A stretch of 59,823 nt of DNA, the filler included. It is 4 parts of 4 records of this genome, joined end to end, with 100 filler letters (N's around TTAATTAATTAA, not from the genome) between each part and the next. Parts side by side here need not be neighbours in the genome. Positions count along the whole stretch, not along the records: positions 19,484 to 50,755 come from SRR2962707_574; 3 more parts are not named here. One strand, given 5' to 3'. Made by a program: the position numbers and the translations under genes. The notes under the pieces were generated by a model. The model saw only the letters and a list, made by a program, of their open reading frames with translations. It had not been told where the DNA came from and searched no databases. How positions within the stretch are numbered: the first letter of the stretch is position 1; each line of letters opens with the position of its first letter. Of the stretch, positions 38,864 through 49,128 are shown piece by piece.

Positions 38864-39655
38864 TCAGACAGTGAGCGTGCCCGCCACTTTTCCTTCGACT
38901 ATCCGGAGTGCGGTCAGCTTTCCGGTGGCGTAGGCGCCGGTGTCCACACATATGCGGCCGGCTGCGAAGACGGGTTCCGGGTTTGCCGTATGACCGTGAA
39001 TGACGGTGAGAGGAAGCTCGGGGCCGCGTTCCAGAAAGGGGTCGCGCATCCACATCATGTCCATATCGGATTGGCTCTCGAGCGCCACTCCGGGAACAAT
39101 GCCCGCATGGACCAGCAGGAAATCGCCGATCGTCAAACAGATCGGCATCTGCCGCAGAAAATCCAGATGCTGATCGGGAATGGCTTCCCGCATGGTCTGC
39201 TTCAGCGCTTCAAGACCGCCGCCATGCTTGAGGATATGGCCGGCATCAATGCCGTAGGATTCAAGCGTGGTGTTTCCACCAAAGCCCAACCATTCCATGT
39301 TGGAGGCGGGGTCTTCAAAAAACCTCAGGAAAGAATCGTCATGGTTGCCGCAAAGTGAAACGCGGAAAACGTTGCTTTTCTGCCGGTTGCAGAAATGCTC
39401 GAGAACGGCAGCTGAATCCGGACCACGGTCGACCAGGTCGCCGAGATAAACGATAAGGGCAGGTTTCCCCAATTCCGCAGCTTCACTCGAGATGCGCTTT
39501 TCCATCTCGAGAAGTTGGGAATGGCAGCCGTGAACATCGCCGACTGCGAACACCAGATGCGGCATGTGGGACAGCGTCCGTCGTTGCCTGGTCCCAAGAT
39601 CAGTTTCATCCGCAGTCAATGTCCGTCCGAACAATCGGCGCAAGAGTCTTCGCAT
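38864..39655 (-). CDS. PPP-family Ser/Thr(/Tyr) protein phosphatase (PrpA-like)
   Basis: GDVHG, GDLVDRGP, GNHD, VHAG, HGHT, VDTG. Confidence 0.9.
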   Translation of the reverse strand: MRRLLRRLFGRTLTADETDLGTRQRRTLSHMPHLVFAVGDVHGCHSQLLEMEKRISSEAAELGKPALIVYLGDLVDRGPDSAAVLEHFCNRQKSNVFRVSLCGNHDDSFLRFFEDPASNMEWLGFGGNTTLESYGIDAGHILKHGGGLEALKQTMREAIPDQHLDFLRQMPICLTIGDFLLVHAGIVPGVALESQSDMDMMWMRDPFLERGPELPLTVIHGHTANPEPVFAAGRICVDTGAYATGKLTALRIVEGKVAGTLTV

Positions 39656-40044
39656 AGATATAATGACTCGCTTTGACTGAACCGGACTGATGCCCAGGAA
39701 CAGTGTGGAACCAACAAATTTTGAAGGTTCGGATGTCCTATATCTTTGAAATAGCTATTTCAACCGAAAGCAAGTTCGTTTGAAGGCCTGCCGAACACAG
39801 GAGCAACCCGTCCCAGCGGGGCCGGTTGGCGGGCAGGGGTGATCGGCGCTGCAATCAACCCCGTCAGGCTGATCACCGGGCAGGGGGCACCGGTGCGATG
39901 AACTATCGCGATGCCGGTGCCGAGGGCAGGTAGAATGCGCGGGCAAATTCCACAGGCCGCCCTCAGAGGAGGAACGCCGTTGCGTCCCAGGCGTTGCCCA
40001 GCTTGTGCGCAAACCGCTATCACACCGATACCAAAAACTCTTGT

Positions 40045-40488
40045 TCAGATGTCCATGAATTCCGGCGTATGCTGTGCTGTCGGAAGGATGGCCGACAGCG
40101 GCACGTCAACCCGCAGCAGCGATGGCCAGATGGTTTGAGTGCCGTAGCCGATATTAAATGCCGGATACTGCTTACTGTCCGGGCGGACCATCTTGGCTGA
40201 AGGAATCGATCCTGTGAAAATATCCGCATCCGGCGCCGCCCGGTAGACCGCAAAGCGAATGGAGTTCCGGACGGTTTCCGCAGGGCAGGTGAACGCCGCA
40301 CAATGTGCGCTGGCTGCCCGACCGATTCGACTGTCACGCGAAGAAGGCGGTGAAGCTGAACTTGCAATCAGTGTTGCCTTGCTGATGTCGCTCATCGCGG
40401 CTCCCAGCGAAAACGCCGAAGCAGGCGTGGCAAAGGCAAAGGTTGCCGAAACAATTGTTCCCAAGATAGCGAGCTTGGTCTTTTCCAT
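40045..40488 (-). CDS. Secreted hypothetical protein
   Basis: RBS GAAGGGG, signal peptide MEKTKLAILGTIVSATFAFATPASA. Confidence 0.55.
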   Translation of the reverse strand: MEKTKLAILGTIVSATFAFATPASAFSLGAAMSDISKATLIASSASPPSSRDSRIGRAASAHCAAFTCPAETVRNSIRFAVYRAAPDADIFTGSIPSAKMVRPDSKQYPAFNIGYGTQTIWPSLLRVDVPLSAILPTAQHTPEFMDI

Positions 40489-40829
40489 GGCGATTCCCCT
40501 TCTTCCGATCCGGCAAGCCGGTTGGTTGGCTAAAATGGCAATCGGGACTTGCATGCCCCGCGCTGCTTCAAATTTATCGAGCAGCTCCTCTTGCCTTGAC
40601 CTGAAGCTAGCACCGGGAGATTTCGATCCGGATAAGTCGATCGATCAAATTTTATGCAAATGTTGGTTCTGTCCCAAACCGAGAAAGAAAAGAGCGGGGA
40701 GGGCTATATGTGCACCTCTTGAGCCAATTTGGATATTCTTGCCTTTTCTTCGGCGACTAGCCAACGCGATCAAGGGTGCGAAAATGGCCCAATGAATCCC
40801 ACGACCAACAAGAGATCAGCTTCAATTGC

Positions 40830-40871
40830 AAAGTCAGAGACAGAGACAGAGACAAAGACAAAGACAAAGAC
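40830..40871 (+). repeat. Hexamer microsatellite
   Basis: AAAGTC (AGAGAC)x3 (AAAGAC)x3. Confidence 0.9.
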
Positions 40872-41231
40872 CGTCTACCGCATGCTAAAGCTGTAACTTG
40901 GTGACGAAATGCCGCCAGTCTTCGCGCTAAAACACAGCGAGCCTCCAAAACGCGCATGAAAGGCCAAGATTCAAGTACTCTACGGCTCAGACATTAAGCG
41001 CACTGCAGCCGGGCATACATTAGGAATAGAGAAAGCTGTGCAAAACCTGCAGAAGACTATGTTTCGTCAGCACCGTTGCGTTGTTGCAACACGTCCATCC
41101 ATTTTAAACAAAGGCCTAGTGTCGTATTGACTACTAAACCGTTTAGGTAGACTCAAGGTTGATTGGATAAATAGCAGTTAGGCCGACGGTGCATGAGCGC
41201 CGTCAAGTCCAGACGAGTTAAGGGGTGGGCT

Positions 41232-42431
41232 ATGATTTTGAAAGTCAGGGCGTTTGTATTGGCGCTGGCGGCGAGTTTCGTTTTGTCTGGTTGCGTGGCC
41301 ACGCCGCGCGCAGGACCGGATGATGGGGCAATTGAAGCCGGTGCATTTGCCAAGGTTGGCAACAAGGACAGGAAGGTCGAGATTGATTATGTCCTGGTCG
41401 ATATCGATTCCCATCTGCTTGGCTATGTAAAAGATACAACCGTCTCCTCACTGACGAGCGGATTTGGCGGAGGCCGCGGCGGCGCTCCTTCGCTACCGCT
41501 TGGTGTGGGCGATGTGGTTCAGGTTTCAATCTTCGAAGCGCAGTCGGGCGGGTTGTTTATCCCTGTCGACGCTGGCAGTCGCCCAGGTAACTATATTACG
41601 CTCCCTGAGCAGACCGTTGACCGCGCCGGCACACTCAGCGTGCCTTATGCAGGCCGCGTAAATGCTGCCGGCCGTTCCGTTGACGCCGTGCAAAGAGATG
41701 TCGAGGACCGCCTCGCCAACCGGGCAATCGAACCTCAGGTTGTGATCACCACGGTGAAAAGCCGCTCGAGCCAGGTTTCGGTGCTGGGCGACGTCAAGTC
41801 TCCATCCAAGATTGAACTCAGCCCAGCGGGCGACCGCGTGCTGGATGTGATTTCATCAGCTGGCGGCATTAGCTCGCCCGGTCTGGAAACCTATGTGACG
41901 CTGCAACGGCGCGGCAAGACCGCAACGGTGCACTACGATTATCTGGCCAACAACCCGTCCGAAAACATCTATGTTGCGCCTGGCGACACGATTTTCGTCA
42001 ATCGCGAACGCCGCACCTATCTCGCCTTTGGCGCGACGGGCCTGAGCGGACGGTTTGATTTCGAAGAGGCCGAGCTTAAACTCAGCGATGCGCTCGGCAA
42101 GGCTGGCGGCTTGCTCGATGGTCGTGCAGACCCGGCTCAAGTGCTTCTGTATCGTGTCGTCAACAGAAAGTTGCTGGTCGATCTCGGTGTTGACATGACG
42201 CTGCGTAGCGAAAAGGAAGTGCCGGTCATCTTCCGGGCCAATCTTCGCGACCCGGCAGCCTTCTTCGCGGTGCAGAAGTTCCCGATGCAGGACAAGGATA
42301 TTCTCTACGTCTCCAACTCGGATTCGGTTGAGCTGATCAAGTTCCTCAATCTTGTGAACTCGGCGACGTCTGCTGTTGCTGGCTCCGCCACTGATGTGGT
42401 TGTGGCCAGGGATGCACTGAAGGCGCTGTAA
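41232..42431 (+). CDS. wza: Polysaccharide export outer-membrane lipoprotein (OPX)
   Basis: Lipobox LSGC, LGVGDVVQVSIFE, GTLSVPYAG, SLBB repeats, DKDILYV. Confidence 0.9.
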   Translation: MILKVRAFVLALAASFVLSGCVATPRAGPDDGAIEAGAFAKVGNKDRKVEIDYVLVDIDSHLLGYVKDTTVSSLTSGFGGGRGGAPSLPLGVGDVVQVSIFEAQSGGLFIPVDAGSRPGNYITLPEQTVDRAGTLSVPYAGRVNAAGRSVDAVQRDVEDRLANRAIEPQVVITTVKSRSSQVSVLGDVKSPSKIELSPAGDRVLDVISSAGGISSPGLETYVTLQRRGKTATVHYDYLANNPSENIYVAPGDTIFVNRERRTYLAFGATGLSGRFDFEEAELKLSDALGKAGGLLDGRADPAQVLLYRVVNRKLLVDLGVDMTLRSEKEVPVIFRANLRDPAAFFAVQKFPMQDKDILYVSNSDSVELIKFLNLVNSATSAVAGSATDVVVARDALKAL

Positions 42432-42437
42432 CAAAAG

Positions 42438-42468
42438 AGACAGGCCCGTTGTGCGGGCCTGTCTTTTT
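42438..42468 (+). terminator. Intrinsic terminator after wza
   Basis: AGACAGGCCCG-TTGTG-CGGGCCTGTCT-TTTT. Confidence 0.8.
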
Positions 42469-42551
42469 AAAGCTAGATATCCCGAACAGGTTGTATTTGT
42501 TTGGGATTACGTATAAAGAATTTGTTAGTGAATTCCTCAAGTGGGAGACTT

Positions 42552-43220
42552 ATGATGTCCAGCTATGTTTTGAGTGCAAGGGCTTTGGTTGTCCTTGGTG
42601 CGGCAGCGGTGGGTTGCATGGCTTTGCCAGTGACTTCATTTGCGCAGTCATCAGCAGAGACTGCCTGCTTTGTCGGTCCAGCCAAAATGTCCGATGCTGA
42701 AGTGCAGTCGTTTCTGACGACACCTGCTGCTCTGCTGACCCAGTTCTCGAATGGCGGCCTGCCAATGTCGACCAGGGTGCGTTCGCTCGCTGGCTCGGAT
42801 TCGGCAACGTTGGACCCTCTCCTTGGTCTGGTGGCGACGGCCAATCCGACGCAGGTGGCAGCTATTGGTGCAGGTCTTGCCCGTGTGGCCAAGGCATGTG
42901 CAGTTTCCAATCCAGAATATGCGGCAACGATTTCTGAAAAGGTCGCGTTGCTTGGTAATCCGGCGCTTGAGACAGCCTTTAACGCTTCGGCTGCAGAAGT
43001 GCAGACTGCGGCGCTGGGCGGCGGCACAGCTCCGGCGGCGGGCACTGGCGGCGGTACTGTAGGTGCCATCGGCGGCGGTGGCACGGCTGGCGGCGGCGCG
43101 AATGGGAACAGCGGCGGCACAGCGGCGAGCGGCAATTCTAGCGGTTCGTTCTCCACCGGCGGCGGCGGCTCGGTCTCTACGACCACCACGACCAACAGCG
43201 TGAGCCCCAGCACGCTCTGA
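42552..43220 (+). CDS. Secreted protein with Gly/Ser/Thr-rich tail
   Basis: RBS GGGAG, signal peptide ending SFA, Ala-rich domain with two Cys, low-complexity tail ending NSVSPSTL. Confidence 0.75.
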   Translation: MMSSYVLSARALVVLGAAAVGCMALPVTSFAQSSAETACFVGPAKMSDAEVQSFLTTPAALLTQFSNGGLPMSTRVRSLAGSDSATLDPLLGLVATANPTQVAAIGAGLARVAKACAVSNPEYAATISEKVALLGNPALETAFNASAAEVQTAALGGGTAPAAGTGGGTVGAIGGGGTAGGGANGNSGGTAASGNSSGSFSTGGGGSVSTTTTTNSVSPSTL

Positions 43221-43306
43221 ACGTTCGATTCATGAGGCGGTGTCGTGTCGCTCCCCGGGTAATTCCTTGTCCAGTCTTCAGCGAACGATGAGGTTTGCCG
43301 GTGCAG

Positions 43307-45607
43307 ATGCATAACCGAGGCTTTTCGACCGACGGCCAGCCCGAGTGGGAATCGGCTGAATCTATCGAAGAAACCATCGACATTGACCGGTTATTGTCAA
43401 TGGCGCGTCGTCAGTGGCGTGTTGTCGCTGTGTGCGCTGCGGTGGCTTTGGTGCTCGGAACAATCTACGCCTTCACTGCGGTTCCTCTTTACACAGCCAA
43501 GACCCGCGTTCTTATCGACCGGGGTAACAGTCAGATCGTCGATCAACTGTCGGCCATCGGCGGAGTTGTCGAGGACGAAGCCTCGATCATGAGCCAGGTC
43601 GAGCTTCTCAAGTCTGACACCATATCGCTGGCAGTCGTCGACAAGCTAAATCTGCTTGATGACCGAGCGTTTACTGCATCTGGCGGATCGCTGATAGGAA
43701 CAATAAAGTCGGGCATTCGTGCTCTGCTTGATGTACAGGGCTGGTTTCGCTCGTCCGAGATCACTGAGGAAGAGACTGCCTTATTACGTCAGAAAGCCAG
43801 CGCGACACTCGTCAAAAACGTCGCGATCTCACGGGTCGGACGGACCTACGTCCTTGACATCGCCTACACTTCGCCGTCACCGCAGCTTTCGGCTCGTATC
43901 GCCGGCGGCATTGCCGATGCCTATCTGACAGACAAACTCGATTCCAAATATGAAGCCACTCGCAGGGCCGGTGACTGGCTGCAATTGCGCATCGAGGAAC
44001 TCAGGCAAAAATCTCTCGATACAGATCTGGCGGTACAAAGGTTCCGTGCCGCCAATGGCCTGGTGGCAACCAGTGGCGGCCTGATCAGTGACCAGCAGCT
44101 GACTCAGCTTAACGCCGCACTGATTGTCGCGCAGGCCGAGACCGCCAAGGCGCGAGCGCGCTATGAGCGCATCCAGTCAATCATCGCCAACGGCCAGAGT
44201 GACGCCATTGTCACCGATGTGCTGGACAGCTCAATTTCCAATTCGTTGCGCGAAAAATTTCTCGACGCCTCCAAGCGCGAGGCGCAAATTGCCGATAGAC
44301 TGGGGCCGAATCATGCCCAGGCCGTGCGCCTGCGCGGTGAAATGAAGGAATATGAGCGGCTGATGTTTGAAGAGCTCGGGCGCATCGCCGAGAGCTACAG
44401 AAGCGAACTCGACGTTGCAGAGTCGCGTGAGAAAAATCTCATGGAGAGCGTAGCACAAGCGACTGGTATCAGTGCCGTGGCGAGTGAAACCCAGGTGCAG
44501 TTGCGTGAACTCGAACGAGAAGCCGACACCTACAAGAACCTCTACCAGACCTTCCTGCAGCGCTATCAGGAATCGGTCCAGCAGCAATCCTTCCCAATCA
44601 CAGAAGCACGCATTATTTCGCGGGCAACTGCTCCTATCAATCCAAGCTACCCCCGCAAGTCGATGGTTATGGCACTATCGCTAATCATGGGTTGCGCGGT
44701 CGGTGCCGGCATTGGCGCGCTGCGGGAATTCCGGGACCGTTTCTTCCGCACCGGAGAGCAAGTCCGCGACGTACTGGGCCAGGAGTTTCTCGGTATTGCA
44801 CCGATGGTTAACACCCGGGTGTTGGCGCCAAGCACCAGCGATAGCCCTGTCCCAACACAGCTCAGGCTTATACGGCCGGTGAGCTCGGTGGCAAACTATA
44901 TAATAGAAAACCCATTGTCAGCGTTTGCGGAAACCCTGCGCAGCACCAAGATAGCCGCCGACCTCAATATTCCTGACAAGGCCGGCCGGGTGATAGGTGT
45001 AGTTTCGGTTCTGCCGGGCGAAGGAAAGTCGACAGTGTCGATCAACCTCGCGCAATTGCTGGCAAATCAGGGAGCGAAAACGCTTCTTATTGACGCGGAT
45101 CTGCGCAATCCCGGCGCGACACGGCAGCTGGGCCGTCATGCACAAGCTGGACTGCTGCAAGCAGTACTCGATGAGCATCCACTCCAGTCGCTGTTGCTGC
45201 ACGACCCCAAGACACGGCTTTCATTTCTGCCAGCAGTGGTCAAGCATAGGGTGCCACACTCATCTGAATTGCTGTCGTCTCCGGCGATGAGCAAGATACT
45301 GGCAACGGCAACCGCCAACTATGATTATGTGATCATCGATCTTCCACCACTTGGACCGGTTGTCGATGCACGCGCCATCGCCTCGAGTGTCGATGGATTT
45401 GTCTTTGTCGTGGAATGGGGAAAAACAGCGCGCTCCATCGTGCGTGATACGCTGCGCAACGAACCGCAGATCGCGAATAAGTGTCTCGGCATCATCCTCA
45501 ACAAGGTCGATACAGAAAAAATGAAACTCTACCGCGAATACGGATCAAGCGAATACTACTACTCCAGATATTCCGCCTACTATCGTGACGAAAACTCAGC
45601 GGTTTAG
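43307..45607 (+). CDS. wzc: Polysaccharide co-polymerase / BY-kinase (Wzc/ExoP)
   Basis: Two TMs, coiled coil, Walker A GEGKST, LIDADLR, IIDLPP, C-terminal Tyr cluster YREYGSSEYYYSRYSAYY. Confidence 0.93.
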   Translation: MHNRGFSTDGQPEWESAESIEETIDIDRLLSMARRQWRVVAVCAAVALVLGTIYAFTAVPLYTAKTRVLIDRGNSQIVDQLSAIGGVVEDEASIMSQVELLKSDTISLAVVDKLNLLDDRAFTASGGSLIGTIKSGIRALLDVQGWFRSSEITEEETALLRQKASATLVKNVAISRVGRTYVLDIAYTSPSPQLSARIAGGIADAYLTDKLDSKYEATRRAGDWLQLRIEELRQKSLDTDLAVQRFRAANGLVATSGGLISDQQLTQLNAALIVAQAETAKARARYERIQSIIANGQSDAIVTDVLDSSISNSLREKFLDASKREAQIADRLGPNHAQAVRLRGEMKEYERLMFEELGRIAESYRSELDVAESREKNLMESVAQATGISAVASETQVQLRELEREADTYKNLYQTFLQRYQESVQQQSFPITEARIISRATAPINPSYPRKSMVMALSLIMGCAVGAGIGALREFRDRFFRTGEQVRDVLGQEFLGIAPMVNTRVLAPSTSDSPVPTQLRLIRPVSSVANYIIENPLSAFAETLRSTKIAADLNIPDKAGRVIGVVSVLPGEGKSTVSINLAQLLANQGAKTLLIDADLRNPGATRQLGRHAQAGLLQAVLDEHPLQSLLLHDPKTRLSFLPAVVKHRVPHSSELLSSPAMSKILATATANYDYVIIDLPPLGPVVDARAIASSVDGFVFVVEWGKTARSIVRDTLRNEPQIANKCLGIILNKVDTEKMKLYREYGSSEYYYSRYSAYYRDENSAV

Positions 45608-46325
45608 TTTAGTGGTGGCAAAGTGGCGCGTTAAACACTTTGCATTCATTTCCGTTTTTGCCATACCAATAGTGTTGGGCTTCCAAACACTACATCAGAC
45701 AGACGAACATACTAATTTGCTCCAGACCGGGAGGTTGATTGCTGACAATGTGCCGGTTTCCGCATCCCTGGTCGCCGGTGTCCATAGTGATATCCAATCC
45801 CTAGTCTTAGATCGCAAGTGTCGAAACGACCTCCTGGATGCTGGGCTGAGGGCGACGCTGAAGGACTTGGATTTTCAGAATTCATACAGTGACTACGAGG
45901 CATGGTCGGAGCAGATCATGTCCGCTGACAGCTTCCTCACCCACGCACTGAACTGCAGGCCTACTGATGGCGATCTATGGGTACGCTTGGCAATGGTACG
46001 ATGGGCTGTAGGGGAAATACAAGAAGAACAGGCATTATTGATGCGCATGTCGCACCAATACGCACCAGCCGAGCAGAACATCATTCGGGCACGTTTAGTG
46101 CAGTGGGCGCGCTTATCGCCGGCCACTTTGCGGATGCTGGAGACCGAGTTTTCCAGCGATATTCAAGTTATGCTTTTGAAGTTTTCGACCAAGGAAGTGA
46201 CAGCAATTATAACGGCCGGATCCGCTCAATTCAAGTTGGCGGCCCACAAAGCGAGTCTCATACTCCCGCCAGATCGCCGCGACCTAATCATAAAGGCCGG
46301 TGCCATTCTTGATGCTCCGCTTTAG
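45585..46325 (+). CDS. Hypothetical membrane-anchored protein, possibly TPR-like
   Basis: 246 aa ORF, N-terminal TM, ALNCRPTDGDLWVRLA. Confidence 0.6.
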   Translation: MTKTQRFSLVVAKWRVKHFAFISVFAIPIVLGFQTLHQTDEHTNLLQTGRLIADNVPVSASLVAGVHSDIQSLVLDRKCRNDLLDAGLRATLKDLDFQNSYSDYEAWSEQIMSADSFLTHALNCRPTDGDLWVRLAMVRWAVGEIQEEQALLMRMSHQYAPAEQNIIRARLVQWARLSPATLRMLETEFSSDIQVMLLKFSTKEVTAIITAGSAQFKLAAHKASLILPPDRRDLIIKAGAILDAPL

Positions 46326-46424
46326 TACCCAATATCTCAACGAAGCCGCAGATAAAAGCTGACCTGAGACCCGTTTCTTCATCCAATTTTGGGTAGAATT
46401 CGTCCCCTTATTGGAGACGGACAA

Positions 46425-46691
46425 ATGAGATCATCACGGTTCAGCGACGAACAGATCATCGGCATGATCAAGGAACAGGAATCTGGGATGCCGACTGCGG
46501 AGGTATGCCGCAAGCACGGGATCAGCACAGCGTCGTTCTACAAATACAAAGCCAAATTCGGTGGCATGGATGTATCCGATGCCCGCAAGCTGAAAGCGCT
46601 CGAAGATGAGAACGCCAAGCTCAAAAGGTTGCTGGCGGAGCAGATGCTCGACAACGCTATCTTGAAAGACGTCGCCTCGCAAAAGTGGTGA
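46425..46691 (+). CDS. IS3 OrfA
   Basis: RFSDEQIIG...CRKHGIS...[12 protein letters not shown]. Ends CAA AAG TGG TGA, with OrfB in the -1 frame. Confidence 0.93.
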   Translation: MRSSRFSDEQIIGMIKEQESGMPTAEVCRKHGISTASFYKYKAKFGGMDVSDARKLKALEDENAKLKRLLAEQMLDNAILKDVASQKW

Positions 46692-47524
46692 CGCCCGCTG
46701 CCAAGCGGCAAGCTGTGGCTCATGCGTGTAGAAAGCACGGTGTGAGCCAGCGGCGGGCGTGTGAAGTGCTGACCATTGATCGATCGACCGTGCGTTACGA
46801 AAGCGTGCGAGCGGACGATACTGATTTACGCGAGGCCATGAAGATGGTGGCGGCAGAGCGGCGTCGCTTTGGCTACAGGCGTATTCACGTAATGCTTGAG
46901 CGTAAGGGGATCATCATGAACCAGAAGAAGCTAAGACGCCTTTACCGCGAGGAAAAGCTGCAAGTGCGCAAGCGTGGGGGCCGTAAGCGGGCCTTGGGCA
47001 CCCGAAGGCCTATGACTTTGCCCAGAAGAGCCAACGAACGATGGAGCCTCGACTTCGTATCCGATGCGTTCACAGACGGTCGCCGGTTCCGTGTTCTGGC
47101 TGTCGTAGATGACTTCACTCGGGAATGCCTGGCGCTCGTGGCCGATACATCGTTGTCGGGTCTGCGCATGACGCGTGAGTTGGATGCCATCGTCAAACAG
47201 CGAGGAAAGCCACACACGATTGTCAGCGATAATGGCACCGAGATGACAAGTATGGCAGTGCTCAAATGGTGCCAGCAGACGGGCGTTGAATGGCATTACA
47301 TCGCTCCCGGCAAACCGATGCAAAATGGTTTTGTCGAGAGCTTCAACGGCAGCTTTAGGGACGAGTGTCTGAATGAGACGCTCTTTTCTTCGCTGCCCCA
47401 GGCACGCCAACAGATTGCCAAATGGAAGGAGGACTATAACCGAGAAAGGCCGCATTCATCGTTGGGCAACATCACGCCCATCGAATTCGCCGTGAAAATG
47501 GCGTTGCCAAAACAGGCCGCATAG
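46685..47524 (+). CDS. IS3 OrfB, DDE transposase
   Basis: [30 protein letters not shown]. Confidence 0.94.
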   Translation: MVTPAAKRQAVAHACRKHGVSQRRACEVLTIDRSTVRYESVRADDTDLREAMKMVAAERRRFGYRRIHVMLERKGIIMNQKKLRRLYREEKLQVRKRGGRKRALGTRRPMTLPRRANERWSLDFVSDAFTDGRRFRVLAVVDDFTRECLALVADTSLSGLRMTRELDAIVKQRGKPHTIVSDNGTEMTSMAVLKWCQQTGVEWHYIAPGKPMQNGFVESFNGSFRDECLNETLFSSLPQARQQIAKWKEDYNRERPHSSLGNITPIEFAVKMALPKQAA

Positions 47525-47673
47525 GGCCAATAACAAACCGACGAATTCTCCAAATGGGTGGAGGAGAGTTGGGTCTCAGGTCAAAGCAGTTATCTCATGC
47601 TTCGACTGCCGTAACTATGCTTTTTGCACGAATAGCCCGCACCGAAAAAGCTGACTACAACGACACTATTTTC

Positions 47674-49128
47674 TCATCCTTTCGCGCCTTGGCCTCGGGC
47701 GTAGACATCCTCGTAACGAATTATATCGTCCTCACCCAGATAGCTGCCAGTCTGCACTTCGATCAAGGTGAGGGGCACTTTGCCCGGGTTCTCCATGCGG
47801 TGTACTGCCCCCAAGGGGATGTAGACAGACTGGTTTTCGCCCACGAGCTTGACCTCAGCATCGACGGTCACCTTGGCGGTGCCCTCAACCACGATCCAGT
47901 GTTCGGCACGGTGGTGGTGACTTTGTAGCGAAAGCGCGGCACCTGGGTGGACAACGATACGTTTGACCTGGAAGCGAGGGCCTATCACCAGGCTCTCGTA
48001 CCAACCCCAGGGGCGGTAGTCTCGGGGCAGAGTTTCGGCCTGCGGTACGCCTTTGGCCTTCAGCGCGGCCACCGCCTGTTTGACCTCTTGCGCGCGGTCT
48101 TTGTGGGCAACGAGGACGGCGTCGGGCATGGCAACGACAATGATGTCGGTCAGGCCGATGCCAACGAGCTCCTGCCCCTCGTTCGTCGCTTGCAAGAGCG
48201 TGTCGTGGCAGTCGAGTGCGGTCGCAGGGCCGGCAGTGACAGTTCCGTTGGTATCAGGCTCGGAATCACGCCAGACTGCCTGCCAATCGCCGAGGTCGGA
48301 CCAGACGCCCGCATAGGGCACCACGGCCAGATTCGGTGCACGCTCCATCACCGCGTAGTCAATCGAGATATTCGGCAGTTCCGCCCACGGACCTGGGGCC
48401 AGGCGGGTGAAGGAGAGGTCTTTCTCAGCCGCGTCAAAGGCGGCGCCGGTGACAGACAAAACGTCTGGTGCGTGGGCGGCAAAGGCCCCAAGAATGGCTG
48501 TGGTCGAGAAGAGGAATATCCCGGCGTTCCAAAGATGCATGCCGCCAGCCAACAGCGCATCAGCCTTGGTCTGGTCGGGCTTTTCGACAAAGCTGCGGAG
48601 CTGTTGAGGAACAGGGGCGAAGTCCGACGTTGGGTCTGTCAGCTCGAGCCAGCCATAGCCTGTCTCTGCGCGATCGGGACGGATGCCGAAGGTCACCAGT
48701 TGCCCTGCCTCTGCAGCCGGCGCGGCAGCCTGCACTGCTGCGCGGAAACCGACGGCATCAGGGATCACATGGTCAGAGGGCGCGACCAGCATCAAGGCGC
48801 CAGGTGAGCGGGCCTCGAGCGCCAGTGCGGCAGCGCAAATTGCGGCGGCCGTGTTCTTGGCGGAGGGCTCGATCAGGATGTCAGCGGGGACTATTTCCAG
48901 TGCGGCCAGTTGCTCGATCACAATAAAACGGAAATCGGCGGCAGTCACAATGGAGGGCGCAGCAAAGCTGTCGCCCGACAACCGCCGGGCTGAAGCCTGA
49001 TAAAGGCTTTCCTCACCCGTCAGCTTGACGAACTGCTTGGGATAGGACTTGCGGGACAGCGGCCAAAGCCGCGTACCGGAACCGCCACAGAGGAGGACTG
49101 GGTGAATGATTTTGGTCATCAGACTCAT
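47674..49128 (-). CDS. manC: Mannose-1-phosphate guanylyltransferase / mannose-6-phosphate isomerase
   Basis: GGSGTRLWPLSR..YPKQF, FVEKP, WSDLG, cupin RPWG...LSLQSHHHRAEHW. Confidence 0.95.
   Translation of the reverse strand: MSLMTKIIHPVLLCGGSGTRLWPLSRKSYPKQFVKLTGEESLYQASARRLSGDSFAAPSIVTAADFRFIVIEQLAALEIVPADILIEPSAKNTAAAICAAALALEARSPGALMLVAPSDHVIPDAVGFRAAVQAAAPAAEAGQLVTFGIRPDRAETGYGWLELTDPTSDFAPVPQQLRSFVEKPDQTKADALLAGGMHLWNAGIFLFSTTAILGAFAAHAPDVLSVTGAAFDAAEKDLSFTRLAPGPWAELPNISIDYAVMERAPNLAVVPYAGVWSDLGDWQAVWRDSEPDTNGTVTAGPATALDCHDTLLQATNEGQELVGIGLTDIIVVAMPDAVLVAHKDRAQEVKQAVAALKAKGVPQAETLPRDYRPWGWYESLVIGPRFQVKRIVVHPGAALSLQSHHHRAEHWIVVEGTAKVTVDAEVKLVGENQSVYIPLGAVHRMENPGKVPLTLIEVQTGSYLGEDDIIRYEDVYARGQGAKG

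Larger units (their letters stand above)
46360..47583 (+). mobile_element. Intact IS3-family element (IS407-group-like)
   Basis: Ends TGACCTGAGACCC.../...GGGTCTCAGGTCA. 4-bp target duplication AAGC at 46356-46359 and 47584-47587. Confidence 0.95.

Noticed and set aside
40757-40957. ORF with an SLSLSL repeat
   Set aside because: Translation of the hexamer microsatellite; no other coding evidence.
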